Positions 10,501-23,124 of a DNA stretch of 64,000 nt are shown in pieces. This DNA comes from Phoronis australis. Taxonomy: Eukaryota; Animalia; Phoronida. Every line of letters starts with the position of its first letter. Within the stretch, counting starts at the first letter, position 1. The notes beneath the pieces are model-generated. The model was not told the DNA's origin, made no database searches, and worked only from the letters and a program-made list of their open reading frames with translations. A program made the translations under genes and the position numbers. Location: the NCBI GenBank assembly GCA_002633005.1, contig NMRA01000316.1, positions 181,581-245,580 of the forward strand, in the 5' to 3' direction.

Positions 10501-13217
10501 CAATAAATTTCAGCTAATCTTTACAGTTCAACCTTTTTATGTAATAGTTCATTTCCGTCAGGATTCCGTATAAATATCGAGAGAAAACGTATAGCCAATC
10601 CACTGTTCTAGTGGTGTACATGCATTGAGTTGAAGCAAACGACAGTGAGTCATTATTCCCAAAAATCAGTGTCATCTGACGAAGGTCAGTTCCTGGGAGT
10701 TGATAACGTCGGAATATTCGACCTAGTGCATTGCAGACATAGATAGCACTATTGTACACGCTGCCCTTTCCATGTAACGTCAAGTTTTTGACCGTTTAAA
10801 TGAGAGTTTTTATTAAAGCTACATTATCCTTTTTGCGGCTGAAAACGCATTTCTAGGATGACTGTTGATTTGGATATAATCTTTTAAAGGAAAATGCCAC
10901 CAAAAACCAACGTATTGTGTATTCGATTTATGTAGATCGAGTAGTTCCATTCGATAACAGCAAGTACAGTTCTTTTACCAGACGTCAGACGGAGGTGCTG
11001 AAATTAACCAATGACGCCATACATGCAGGTTCTAACAAGATCTGTTCACCAGTTCACAACACGCTTACTGGTGTCAGCTTTTCGCTTGATTTCATCGCTT
11101 TACACCAATTAAAATTTCGTTTTTCTAATCCAAAAAACTATTTTGTTGGTTTTTCGCCATTGTCAACCGAGTTAGTGCTCGATCTGACCATTACTCCATG
11201 CATCTATTCTCTGCGATAATCCTCATATTCTGACTTCTTATTGGAAAATAAGAAGTCAGAAGAAGAAAAACGCAGTATGGTGTATTCGTAGTTGCTTTCT
11301 CGAAAGATTTACACACACAAATGGTACGCTCTAATACAGTAGCTTTCCTCGCAGCTTCGTAATTTTCACAAGCGGTAATATATTCTAACACTACTCAGGC
11401 GCAGAATTCAGTGGGGTTTATGCAAACCAGCAGGCGTTTGGTGGCAACGCAAGAGTTTTGGGCCCGATTCTGCTTTGGGACTTATTCTGTAACATAACCT
11501 TTATCGCCAAGAATATCTTTTTAATGTACAGTAGCTAGTCTGTTGCGTTGCAATGAACAGCATTTGCCCGCTACCATTAGAACGGTGTGACATGAGTATC
11601 TATACATATACTTTCAGTTTGATTGCTGCGGGCTTAATGACTACACAGATTGGGCGGGAACAAACTACGCCAACAGCACCGGCTTCTTGGTTCCAGAGTC
11701 CTGCTGTACTGTCAAAGACAAAAACAAGTTGAATTACCAAAATCCAAACTATCGAGACATTAGTAAATGTCGACAAGAGGCTTTGAATTCATCCGGTGCC
11801 ACCGAAACATTTTTGAAGACAAAGGTTGTTTAAAGTCTTTAAAAGGATAACAAACCGGGTTTTGACCAATTAACGACTTTCCATCCAATTCTCTGATTCA
11901 AAATAATGCTCTGTAGTCCCCGACAACCACTAACAGTTTAGAGGGAAACTTGAAAATGGCTTTCAAAGTTTGCTAAACGGACACGCGTGACGTAGGCTTT
12001 TAGCGAATTACACGGCAAGTGCGATTTAAACCTCCCTCCAAGAACCATAGTATGTAATCCATGGCATAGGGATTCCTGCTCTCATCCTTCAAGTTTGGCG
12101 CCATCGATGCATTAGCAAGTGACAAAACGAAGATTGGCTGAAATCATCAAAACGGGGTTTAGAATCCTTTTAAATATTTTTAAGAAACTGTTGAGACAGC
12201 CAGTTGGTACGAGCCCAATATACCATATCATTGGCAACCTTTTGGAGGCTAGAGAATAAATATCTGTAAAGTAGATAAGACGATCGAGTTAATAACGCGT
12301 TACAACGTTGCCGCAACAATAGCCTTGCAGTTGTCTATGTTAATGACAATGCTCATATACTCTGATTGAAGGGATGCCTAACCATTGTCCAGGAGTGGGT
12401 GTCGAGTAACCTGTTGATCGTCATTGGGGTGGTAGCTGGATTCACCTTCGTGGAGGTATTTTGACGTTTCACCCACCAACATTACTTGTGCGCACCAGTG
12501 AAACCTTTGACAGTTTTTATACTAGTTACCAAGTTCTGCTGCAATTTTGTCTCAAACGAAGTTTCGGTCACACTTCCTGAAAAACAAATCAAACGAAGTT
12601 TCGGTCACAACCCTTCCCGACTTACAAAATTTAGGACAATACGTTTTAATCCACATTTGCCTTTAAATTTTCGAGTTCACAGTACGCCGTTCTAACTCTT
12701 AGTTCACACTACGCCGTTCTTACTCTTAGTTCACGGTACGTCGTTCTCACTCTTAGTTTACACTGTTACCATCTATTTGCTTAGAGTCCGTTGCAACAAA
12801 CTAGTTCTTGAGATTGGACCACATGTTTGGCCAATTACCAATAGCTTGAAATAGATTTACACAATTACATACATTTTAATTAAAAATATGCCTAGTGAAT
12901 GGCCACTTTCTGAGCCAAATCTCGATTTCCCAGTAAAGTTCGATGGTCAAATACCTTCAAATGCATTCATTGTAAACTAGGAGTTAAACTGAGTGGCAGG
13001 TGCGATTACAGCGTTTTGACTGTTTGCATAGGTACTCAGTCTTGTCACGGCCTGCTGTTTGGTCGTCCAAGTTAGCTACCGAATAACCAAACCCAAGCAG
13101 CAAGAAACAAGTCCTCCAAAGGCAAAGGCAACAGGTGCGAAGGACCAGCCTGCCGTCGAAGTCACCCAATCAGTTACTGAAGCGCCTACTGCCGAGGCCT
13201 CGCTTTCAAAGGAGTGA
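4525..13217 (+). CDS. Tetraspanin family protein, paralog 1 (7 coding exons, 409 aa, long N- and C-tails)
   Basis: join(4525-4881,5372-5581,7224-7298,8806-8916,11618-11824,12372-12455,13032-13217). All introns are GT-AG and phase 0; total 1230 nt, open to TGA. Motifs: TM1 MIAMNVFVW, TM2 GFCGCCGA, TM3 YSSFLIMVILVEMAG, large loop FDCCG...VPESCC...KC...GC (6 Cys), TM4 VIGVVAGFTFVEVLSL. Confidence 0.93.
5680..6870. mobile_element. Intronic element with internal ~145-bp tandem units (Helentron/HINE-like architecture, inferred)
   Basis: Alternating CTGTATCTCCTAAA / CTGTATCTT units with AAATTTGG and GYGCCHYCTAGTGG-type motifs. A degenerate (GTCC)n-like tract at 5744-5767 precedes the array. The repeat itself is certain; the family assignment is inference. 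Confidence 0.7.
11335..11391 (-). pseudogene. Short fragment related to the N-terminus of the THAP remnant at 16285
   Basis: ACENYEAARKA versus ACQNYEAAK*A at ~16304. Confidence 0.45.
11843..12169. mobile_element. MITE with TTAA target-site duplication (Kolobok-like)
   Basis: TTAA|AAGGATAACAAACCGGGTTTTGA ... TCAAAACGGGGTTTAGAATCCTT|TTAA, with imperfect ~23-bp TIRs. Confidence 0.8.
12674..12764. repeat. 27-bp minisatellite, ~3.3 copies
   Basis: AGTTCACAGTACGCCGTTCTAACTCTT-like units at 12674, 12701, 12728 and 12755. Confidence 0.9.
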
Positions 13218-13830
13218 ATAGCTCGTTACAGCGACTTGTGCATGAAGAAGTAACATGCTGCCTGTTTTTGTGCGATACGTATTAGGACTAGTGTTTCTCT
13301 CATAGTATCACACTATGTTGAGCTTAATGGAAAGTAAGAAGTTGTATTTTAGACGTTCTAATGATTGTTTATACATGTACTTGTATACGACATTTAAGTG
13401 CGGTAAGGTTCAGACCAGACAAAACCCATGCAAGGGTGGATAACGCTATGTCACGGATTTCTGTCATACTATGCACTATAGTTTAGTTTCTTAAGTGCAG
13501 TTATAAGAAATTTGAGTATCTGAAAGCAACTCCAAAAATCTTACAATTGGCGGCACATTAATTACTGAACCTACTGGATAATAATATAGTTTGCCGTTTT
13601 GTATTAAATCACCAATTGCCTTAGTAAACTATGAAAAAATGAAGGTGAGCCTGGTTTGAAGAGTTTTTGGGTAAAGGAAGAAAAGTGTACATGTAGATAA
13701 ATTGACAAGATTCCGATGTGTGAATCTCAGCTGATGCTGAATTTGGCGTTTTGAAGGTGAATTTCGAGTTTGGTCTATGTATGTGGAGTGATTATTTAGA
13801 ATCAAAATTTATAGGAAGTTGTGCCTCTTC

Positions 13831-13836
13831 AATAAA
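13831..13836 (+). promoter_or_regulatory. Candidate polyadenylation signal of tetraspanin 1
   Basis: AATAAA about 0.6 kb after the stop codon; positional inference only. Confidence 0.35.
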
Positions 13837-15388
13837 TCTTGTACTGATGACGCCCTCGCAGCATACAAAGTAAAACTGTCAGTTTGCTGTGACGGCGTCA
13901 TCAAACCAAGAGTTATAAGCTGCGCCGACAGCTAAAAGTCAAAATATGTATAGTGTATGCTGTGATTTTGTAAGAAAAGTACGACTTCCTGGATATATCA
14001 ACAACTGACCAAAATGTTACAGTGTTGATCATTGGCAATGAGATAGTTGAAAAATGCTTCAAGTGCGGTGACGAAAGATTGTAAATACGTGTATGATGGG
14101 ACGACGCAATCAATTCCGAGGTAGTGGATGTGTAGAATGTAGTTATAGGCAATCGACGAAGATGTATAAAAATAATGTTTATTCATTGGTATTTTGGTAA
14201 CAAAATAAAGTGCATGAAATGTTTCAAAAGTGAAACAATATGTTCTGTGATAAAAGACATACCAAGAGGCGCATTTTGGAAGTGTTGCCAACGTCACCAA
14301 AATCACGTTCTTTGCAAAACTTCATGAATCCAACCCATTAGGGTCTCTTAGAGACCAACTTGGTGCCTCAGACGGTGTCTGCACAAACAACAGTCGAAGG
14401 TTTTTGGCACTAGCTTGGCAACGATGGAGGTACATACACATGCACAAGTCCAGAGATTGATATTCAACTCGGTAATATACTCAACATGTTAACGACGCAA
14501 ATGGTGACAGCATGAGTTACTGAAGGTTCATTGGGGCAAGATTCACTCATCAAGGTCTATGCAAAATCACACTATCCTGAGTGTAAGGTTTGTTTTTGAG
14601 CCTAGTCATTTCTACAACCTTTTAAGCATGGCAAAATTTAGGCGTTTTATATAAAACTGGAATTACACTAATTATATTTATTTACGCTTGCCGTTTCCTT
14701 ACTATTGTGCAGAATTGTGATAGACATCTGCGGCATCGCGAATACTTCTACAAATACATTTTATCGATGGGCAATAGAGTTAAACTAAAAGCGCTCTTGG
14801 CGAAAAACACGAATAAGTATGCAAGTGACGGCAAGATCGGTTCTCATGACACCATTGATGACGCTGAGAAAGAACAGTTAGACCTAGGCATCACCACATA
14901 CACTGGCAGTAACACCGACAGTTTCGCCTGCAACACAATCAACAAGATCAACAGAGACGTGGGCGTCTTCTCCAGTGTTGGTGACAATTTTGATGCACCG
15001 ACAACAGACACGAAGCCGCGAACACTGATGACGTTGTTGACATGAAACCACTTAAAAATCAACTGCTTTAAAAAATGTTTGTCCAGGGAACCAGGAATAT
15101 GTGTATAGCACGATAAATTCATCAATGAAAGAACAGCCCAGGGCAAATTTCGAGAACAGTCAGTCGTAGCGACACACTCCCGTAAAACATTAACGAGATA
15201 TTCATGTACCTCCACACTACGTTTCACAGATTCCATCACAGGAACGCTGGTGTAGCATAGTGTATATAATTCGACCGTAAGTTGGTTTCAAAAAAGGATG
15301 CCACTGGGCGCATGTAAGACTCATCCAACATCAGAACGATCGGCCAAGAGACGCCAGGGACGCGGCAATAGAATTCAATTAATGCACG

Positions 15389-16276
15389 AAACGGCATCGG
15401 AAATGTCGACTTTGATAACGATAAGTCGTAGCAAGAAACAGACAGCTTTAATTTATCAAACTTTGGAAACGATATCCATCACAGTACCATCTTTAGTGCG
15501 ATTTTTCACAAGATACATACACACATGTAAATTTCCTGCCAATCGGGTTGAGAACGATAAAAAAGGCGAACATGGAGTTCATAGTGCAGATGATGCTTGA
15601 CGAGATCCTTCTACATCTCAAGTCCCTGAACAATCCGTCAGGAGACGCAACATTAACAGTACATGTACTTACAGGAGAGTGCCACACGATTCCATTAGTC
15701 GATTTTACCGTCTTAATCGGTCTATATCCACATCTCCTCTTATACCGTGGACCTCACCTTGCCGAGAGGTGTCGTGTTAACCTGTGAGGAAGGTGAAAAA
15801 CGACGCAGCGACGTCAGTGGTTCATCGGCANAAACGGCATCGGAAATGTCGACTTTGATAACGATAAGTCGTAGCAAGAAACAGACAGCTTTAATTTATC
15901 AAACTTTGGAAACGATATCCATCACAGTACCATCTTTAGTGCGATTTTTCACAAGATACATACACACATGTAAATTTCCTGTCAATCGGGTTGAGAACGA
16001 TAAAAAAGGCGAACATGGAGTTTATAGTGCAGATGATGCTTGACGAGATCCTTCTAGTACATTTCAAGTCCCTGAACAATCCGTCAGGAGACGCCACATT
16101 AACAGTACATGTACTTACAGGAGAGTGCCACACGATTCCATTAGTCGATTTTACCGTCTTAATCGGTCTATATCCACATCTCCTCTTATACTGTGGACCT
16201 CACCTTGCCGAGAGGTGTCGTGTTAACCTGTGAGGAAGGTGAGAAACGACGCAGCGACGTCAGTGGTTCATCGGCA
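15389..16276. repeat. ~443-bp near-identical tandem duplication joined by a single N (probable assembly artefact)
   Basis: Copy 1 15389-15830, N at 15831, copy 2 15832-16276. They differ by a few SNPs and one 3-bp indel. Confidence 0.9.
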
Positions 16277-16284
16277 GGGTGAAT

Positions 16285-16525
16285 ACCGCTATATTATAGT
16301 ACATCGTTCCCGCTTGTCAGAACTATGAAGCTGCGAAGTAAGCGGGTATATCGTTTTTTCGACTTCCTCGAGAGCCCGAAATGCTTAGGAAGTGGCTTGA
16401 GGCAGTGAAGAATGAAAAGTACGATGTTAATAGCAAGTATGAGGCCGTGAAACATCTCCGTGTCAGTGGTCGGCATTTCGTCGACAGTGATTTCTCGGAC
16501 GAATTCCGGCTTTCCAAAGAACTAT
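16285..16525 (+). pseudogene. Degenerate THAP zinc-finger domain remnant (transposon-derived)
   Basis: Translation IVPACQNYEAAK*AGISFFRLPREPEMLRKWLEAVKN...LRVSGRHFVDSDF matches the THAP pattern (C..F.LP..W..RVC..HF..DF), with an in-frame stop and a lost Cys. Confidence 0.8.
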
Positions 16526-17214
16526 CTATAGGTTACGTTGCCTGTGCGTGTTCACGGCGCCTGTCTAGTATTTCTTGATCAGTGCATTCCGGTTCGAACT
16601 GATATCCTGTGAAACCTAATGATCCGACCCGTGAAGTCTTCGTCTGATGAGCTCTCGGGTAAGTCGGGATTGTCGCCGGGCGAGTTGCCATGTAGACGTT
16701 TATTCTGCGTTCTTTTTCAAAATGCATTATTCTCACCATACCAATGCTTATATAAAGTCTGTTTCATTAGATACAATTTGTAACGCCTTTGGAGATTTTG
16801 TGAGTGCAAATGTTTTGAGAAGCCAGCAATGAAAAAACCACTGCGTTAACGGCTTTAGATGCAATAAAGGTAAGTGACCAGGCACCGAGGCCGTGTGAGC
16901 GCATGCTAATTCAGCGTTTGCTGACAGAAAGCTGTTGTGAAACAGTAACTCGATTTTATATGCTATGGTCACATGTTAGAGGAATCTGTATTTATATATA
17001 CAAATACATTATTCAACCTTTGCCCTGACGATTCTGTTGAAGGGGAACCACGGCTGACTTCGCGGCCCCCGACAAGTAAGAAGATTTTTAGTGTCGTGGC
17101 CAATTCACCTAAAAAGTTGCGTGCACAATATTTCTTTGGCTTACTGTTATAGTCTTTTCGTGACTGGATCAGTTTAGTTTCCAACTTAAGCTGGTTTATG
17201 TTCGTGATGTCCAG

Positions 17215-18143
17215 TCCCGGCGTCCGCAACGCCGGGCCTGCCAGTTCGGGTTCCGAGCCACTGGCGGGGAGTAACAAGCGTTTTATGTGTTCGTGTGTGG
17301 AAAAATGAAAGTCTAAAAGCTCAACACACAGCTATTTCCCCCGTCTGTATTTCACGGAAAAATGATTCAAATTTGTCCTCAAACATACCCATCTCCCGCG
17401 ATCGACCATGGAAAATTGGCGAACTCTGTAGGCTACGTTACGTTCAAAAATACCTATAAATCCGTAACAGTGAAATAAATAACACCTTTGTTGAAGAACT
17501 AGATGTATTTTTAAGGTGTTTACATCGAAATTTGACGGTTTATTGGTTTAAAACGATGAATTCAAGCGATAAGTTGACAACAGGGCCCAGTCTCCAATCT
17601 TTTTACTCGAAATGGAACTCGAAATTAGGTTTGGCATTTTCTACTCTACTTTTGGGCGAACTCAAGATAAGTGTCTATTATTCTATACTCGAGTACACAA
17701 TAACTTACGTACATGTAGATAAGTTATTGCCCTTAATTCACAGTTTATAAATCCAATATTAAAGCAATAAGTTCGAGTTTGAACTCGAAATTTCGAGTTT
17801 TTACTCGAGTTTGTAGCACGAATATAAGGGTTTTCAAGGGCAAACTTGAACTAGAAACTCCTATGCATAAACAAAAGTTAACTTAAGTTCGCACAAAAGG
17901 AGCAGAGAAATTGCCAAAAATAGTTTCGAGTTCGTTTCGAGTACAAAGATTAGAGACCGGGCCCTGGAAGCGTGTTGTGAAAGGCTGAACAGATTGCGTT
18001 CGAACCGATTACGTCATTGGTTAATTTCAACACCTCCGACTGGCGTTAGGTGTCAAGTAAAACAACTGAACTTGCTGTTATCGACTGGAACTACTCAATC
18101 TAAATTGATACAAAATAGGTTGTTTTTGAGGTAGCATTCTCCT
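17215..18143 (+). repeat. Dispersed repeat block A, copy 2, interrupted by a MITE
   Basis: Aligns by eye to 815-1357 on both sides of the 17581-17966 insertion. Confidence 0.85.
17581..17966. mobile_element. MITE, ~44-bp TIRs, CWG-GGCCC termini (PIF/Harbinger-like, inferred)
   Basis: CAGGGCCCAGTCTCCAATCTTTTTACTCGAAATGGAACTCGAAA ... TTTCGAGTTCGTTTCGAGTACAAAGATTAGAGACCGGGCCCTG. It is absent from the homologous site in copy 1 of block A. Confidence 0.9.
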
Positions 18144-18227
18144 GTAAGAGAAATTGATCAACGAAAAAAGTCGAGAACGGTAGATTGTAAGAGATATGGA
18201 TGACGTAACTTCAGATAGCTCTCTCTA

Positions 18228-18441
18228 CATGCGCGCACCCAGCCTTTAATATGGGGGACCTTTCCCTAACAAAAAAGCGGGAGGACTAAAAAAAAAACGG
18301 GGTACCACCTTAAGTTCTATGAACTGTGCGTCTGCGCCTTTTTAGTGGAATTTTGTCTCGTTTTCTCTGATTTTTGTTTCTCTAAGGCGGACCTTTTTAC
18401 CCACTTCGCCAAATGGAGCCCCCGAGTAAGGTGTGCGCCTG
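18228..18441. mobile_element. MITE, CA...TG termini, 5-bp TSD CTCTA
   Basis: CTCTA|CATGCGCGCACC ... GGTGTGCGCCTG|CTCTA. Body is shared with the 24704 and 29053 copies. Confidence 0.85.
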
Positions 18442-20764
18442 CTCTAAATACCCAATATCAACTAAGTACCTTAATAGACCACGGGGAATCAGAAAAATAT
18501 AGTTGCAGTCATCTTTGGGGAGCATAGATCCCTCGAGCTTTCAATGTGATACATTTCGTGTAATTATATCATGTCGCTTGGACGAAAAACTTGGCATGCA
18601 ACGTGCGTACAAACAAAAAAGTAAAAACCATGCAGAGCTCGACATATGTATGGGAGTACATGATCTTAAAAACGAGTAGAAAAAACCTTACACGACACGA
18701 CTTTGAGTACCTACATGCACGTACGCAATTTGAAATAGGAAAAAATATACGTTGGAATACATCGGCCAAATTTCCAGGATTGACCTGCCACATACATGTA
18801 CCAAAGACATCAAAGTTGTTCAAGGTGAATACAACCATAAATCTACGCGCAAACTACATCCCTTTATTCGCACTGTATAAACTTTTGCAACTCGAAATAT
18901 TGAAAAACAACCCGCGAGACATTCTACAAAATGTATGCTCAGGACGAATGACGTATTGCTATACAAGAATGATGCATTACATGTTTTACAAGAAAAAAGT
19001 CATGCCTGTAGTGTTGGTGAGCGTAAATTTTATGAACTATTGCTACTAAGCGCTTGAGCTGTACTTTATTCACTTACGCTGGTTCCGCCAAGACTATCGT
19101 CTAAGGTACTGAGAGGTCTGTAAACTGGAAATCGTCATCGAGAACCGACCAGATGTCTCAGTCAGTTGACCCGGCAGAGTAGACTACATGTACAGGCGCT
19201 CGGATTTCCAGATCACTCATAACCATATATAAGAAACATAAAGGTTGGACACTAAAACTTTGCCAAGCCCAGACTCCCAACTTCAGCTGCCCAAAATCCA
19301 AATAAAATCTGCGTGCACCTCCCTCAGTCTGGTATTGCATAAACCTTCGAAGCCTTATCTTTCCTAGATGCCATTAACTGTCTCCCTGAGTGGTGAATTG
19401 GCGATGGAATTTCCAAAACAATCTCAAAACTCGGAATTCAAAAACCTAAATTATTAAACAATGCGGTTTTCAGTTGTGCTTCAACTTGTACGCTTGTCGT
19501 AGGTGAAACTTCGAGTTTGAGAAAGCAACCTATATTTCAAATTCAATAATTCTAATCCAAAACTCAACTAATTGAGAATGTCAGAGTTAGTATTTTAATG
19601 ATTATTTGTAACTTTATTCCACTGAAGGCTCATTTTAGCCCTTAACTTAGAATTTTATTGCATAAATTGGCTTATCTTGTTTCTCATCTTGACATCACGC
19701 ACTTTTTTGGATTGAAGCACAACACACACTCGGCCAGGAAACGCAGTCCGTGCAAGTATTACAATGCGCGCGGCCGACGAGTTAACTCAATGGTTTTGGC
19801 CAAAAATAAAACCTTCATAAGAAATCACAGTACACAAAAAACTTCGCATATCAATACAGTATCAGGATAATTTATATTTGACACAAATATCTGAGTAGTT
19901 ACATTGATTTGGCAATGATATTATTAAAGTGCTCTCTGCTTCTCATGACCAAGTAGTCGAGGGATTGACGGCGCGCGAAAATAGACTTTCGGATTTAGCT
20001 CAGGAGCGTCCGTCAAAAACCCGGATGTGCGAAGACCGTCTGCCATGACATCACGGAATATGTTCCTTGAATTTGTGATTTTGGCATTCTTTTGGCATTT
20101 TTGTCGCTAAATCACCATTCGAATGCAATTTGAAGAGATCAAATGAAAGAAGGTATTCTAAGAGTTGTTCGATGCTAGTTTCGTGGAGTTCCATGCACAT
20201 TTGATTAGAATTTGTGGAAACAGATTTCAAGTGTCCAACCTTTATGTTTTCTTACATGCAGTAGCGAGTGACGTCATTTGCGATCGAGGAACAGATAAAC
20301 CCAAGCGCCTGTGGAGTAGACGAAGTGAATGAAATGCAGCCAATTTAAAGGCGCGAAAAGAATGTAATTCAGAGGAGAATGACAACACATTAAAGAACGC
20401 TCATTTTGTAGCCTGCCAGATTTTCTTAATGAATTGTTTATCGAGCATTTGGTATGTATTTTCGATTTCTGATATACCAGGTGTGTATGGCCTTCTTCTT
20501 GATGGGAGGCAAGAGTAGCCTGATGCTACAAAAACCACCATCCGGTTTGTTAGATTTGCGCTTTGATATAAGTTTTAGGACGCAATGTAACCAGCCAGAC
20601 AGTTGTACGAAAGCCACCCTTGGTGCATAGAATTTAATTGTACAAGTTGCACAGTAAAATGGACGAGTAAATCTGACACAAAATTATTGTTTTTAAAGAC
20701 AACATGTACGCTACGTGTTGAGTAATAAACCTTTAAAATAGTGTTAAAAGTACTGCTCCATGAT

Positions 20765-21190
20765 TTATGTGAAGCGATAAAATGGGTAAGCTAATCTACC
20801 CGTAGGTTTCAGCCTTGTAGAAAAAAGTGCTTCCATTGGTCGATTTCTGTTTTTGCATTTTCTTCAATCAACTGTTCTTTTAAAAACCTACTTACAGTTC
20901 ACAGCAAGTTATCAAAGTTTTTATTACAGATAAATGAATTTCTGTGTTATTTTTTCATTTCCCGAAAGATGTCACAAAAAATAAATTGTTGGTGCACATC
21001 ACGAGCGTACTGTTTTGAAGTCGACGACAGGATTTTCTTTGTGACAAAACCTGAAGATTGACGCCATTGTTTTCCACTTAAACGTTTGTAGCGGGCAACA
21101 CACAAACAGCACTAAGCAAGTAGTCAAAGTTGAGATAACGAGCGATTGGTTGTTGGCAAGATTACAATATTTTGCACTGTATTTTGTTAA
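20765..21190 (+). repeat. Dispersed repeat block B, copy 2
   Basis: Similar to 2360-2860 (see copy 1). Confidence 0.65.
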
Positions 21191-22111
21191 TTCCTTAGTG
21201 ATCATAGTTCACAATTAGTGTGTTCTGGACAAAAGGTAGGAAATAAATGAGCTAAAAGAGGCAAAAACACGGTGACTGTCTCTTCAATATGCACGGGCTC
21301 TGTTGTTTTTGAAACCATGAAATACCTTCACACCCACGTGGCCGTCTTGAAAAAAGTGGGCTCAATATTAAATGTTTTGGATGACTGGGTATTTTTTTCA
21401 AAAAGTGATTACATTCATGCAAAGTTTCACTCTTGCGTCATCAAGTGAACTATTCCGGTCAAAACCCCCATGAAGCAGTTCCTCTGTCAGTCTTCATACA
21501 GCCAGATAGATGGCTTCATGTACATGTAGACTAGTATCTTTTAAGGATTTGTGGGTGAAATATATTGACCTCGAAATTTCAAGCCGCCATTTGCTCGATT
21601 TTTGCTATCATTTTCAAGTGCTGAAGACAACTTTACCGAGAGATTGTTGGTTATGAAATACTGAGCACGTCATGTAAAACGATGTGAAACCAATTAAGAT
21701 AATTTGCTGTGAACTACAAGCACGTCTTTGTAGGAAAAACAGGTTATGGAAATAATTGGTCTATTATGTACATGTACATTGTAAGTGAGGTTGTGTTTCA
21801 TGGTGCTGAAACCCGACGAATTTCCTCGCTCTACAAATTTACCTGTATAAAGGTATAGCGCTGTATTTTATCAATACCCGTAACCTTTTAGCTATATTCA
21901 AGGAATATTGTAGTTTCAACGGCTATATTTTTACGTCACCACGTTTACCCACATTGTTCCAAACTAATTTTGTAACGAGGCTACTTAAGGCAAGTTGATG
22001 ACAAGGCGAATTGAAAAGTCCTGATATTTATTCTGTCAACAGTATTTGGTTTTATGAGTGTTGGTCCAACGAACCATTTTGTATCTTGGATGCGACACGC
22101 TCAAGAGTTCA

Positions 22112-22179
22112 CATGGGCGGCGCTCCACAGGGGGTTGGGGGGTATAGAGCCCCACTTTTTCAATGCTACGCCGCCCATG
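22112..22179. mobile_element. 68-bp MITE, TIR CATGGGCGGCG, near-perfect 5-bp TSD
   Basis: GTTCA|CATGGGCGGCG...CGCCGCCCATG|GATCA. Related copies at 58987-59130 and 59257-59383. Confidence 0.8.
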
Positions 22180-23124
22180 GATCACGGTTATACATGTACA
22201 TGTACATGTACATATATAAGTCCGGAATATGAATGTTGAAGGGATTTCAGTAATGCTCGATTGTCGCCATTTTTCGCGTAGTACTTGAGTACATGTACAT
22301 GTAAGTACAGTAAAACTTTGGAACAGGTGTATGAGTCTATTCCGAACCGAGTCGTGGTCAAACAAAACTTCCAATTATATCAAGGTCCACGGTACATGGA
22401 CGGGGGGTGAATGTTGGAAATATGATTCAAACGCGTCACGGTGAGTCTGCACCCCCTCAACACCCTCGTGGAATATGTTTAGATATCAGATTACAACGGT
22501 AACAAAATGTCAGAGGTGGAAGCGAATGTTGTTTTGTGAACCCCTTTCTGACTTCAACTCCACAAAAAATTGAAGCAGTTCGCAAAGCTGTTCGCTGCAA
22601 ACTGCTGAATTACGAAAACGCCAAAATGCATCCTCATAGTCGACTTGACGCCACAACTAGATCGTCATTTACGTCAGTGTAGGTCAAGGTCTAGATCTTC
22701 AGATATGAATGTGGAGTAGTTTAGCCCATAGTGGACAGTCCTTCTCCTTACAACCGTTGCGACACATTGCTGAGATCGACAATTTGTGCCCAGTAGGACA
22801 ATACACATGTACAAGTACAGTGCACGCAAATGTCGATAACATGAGTGAACGGTCACATCAACTGCCACCGGAAGGGCTATCGACAGTACAAGTTGTCATA
22901 GGGTAAAAACTAGGTCTTTCTTCAATGTACATGTACTGATGTGCATGTATAACACCCTTTCGCACGCTATTCAACCTGTCACAGGCAATGCGCAACTTCC
23001 GGTCCCATCTCCAACCTATCTAATTGTCCGTAAAGGTGCAAAGTGACGAGAATCTGCTATTTATGTACGTTTCATGTCACAGTCTTTCGGACCATGTCTT
23101 ACATTTTCAGAGGACGACGACAAA

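Noticed and set aside
14700-15390. Possible P-element/THAP9-like transposase remnant (VCPGN motif near 15077)
   Set aside because: Only one short motif, with no recognisable catalytic region by eye; it needs tblastn/HMM support.
15298-16233. Duplicated small ORFs or ~450-bp long terminal direct repeats of a composite transposon
   Set aside because: The copies abut at an N with no internal region, which is best explained as an assembly overlap.
18591-19049. 152-aa ORF and similar mid-size ORFs (24845, 41204, 53739)
   Set aside because: No recognisable domain; they are chance frames or overlap a real exon or repeat.
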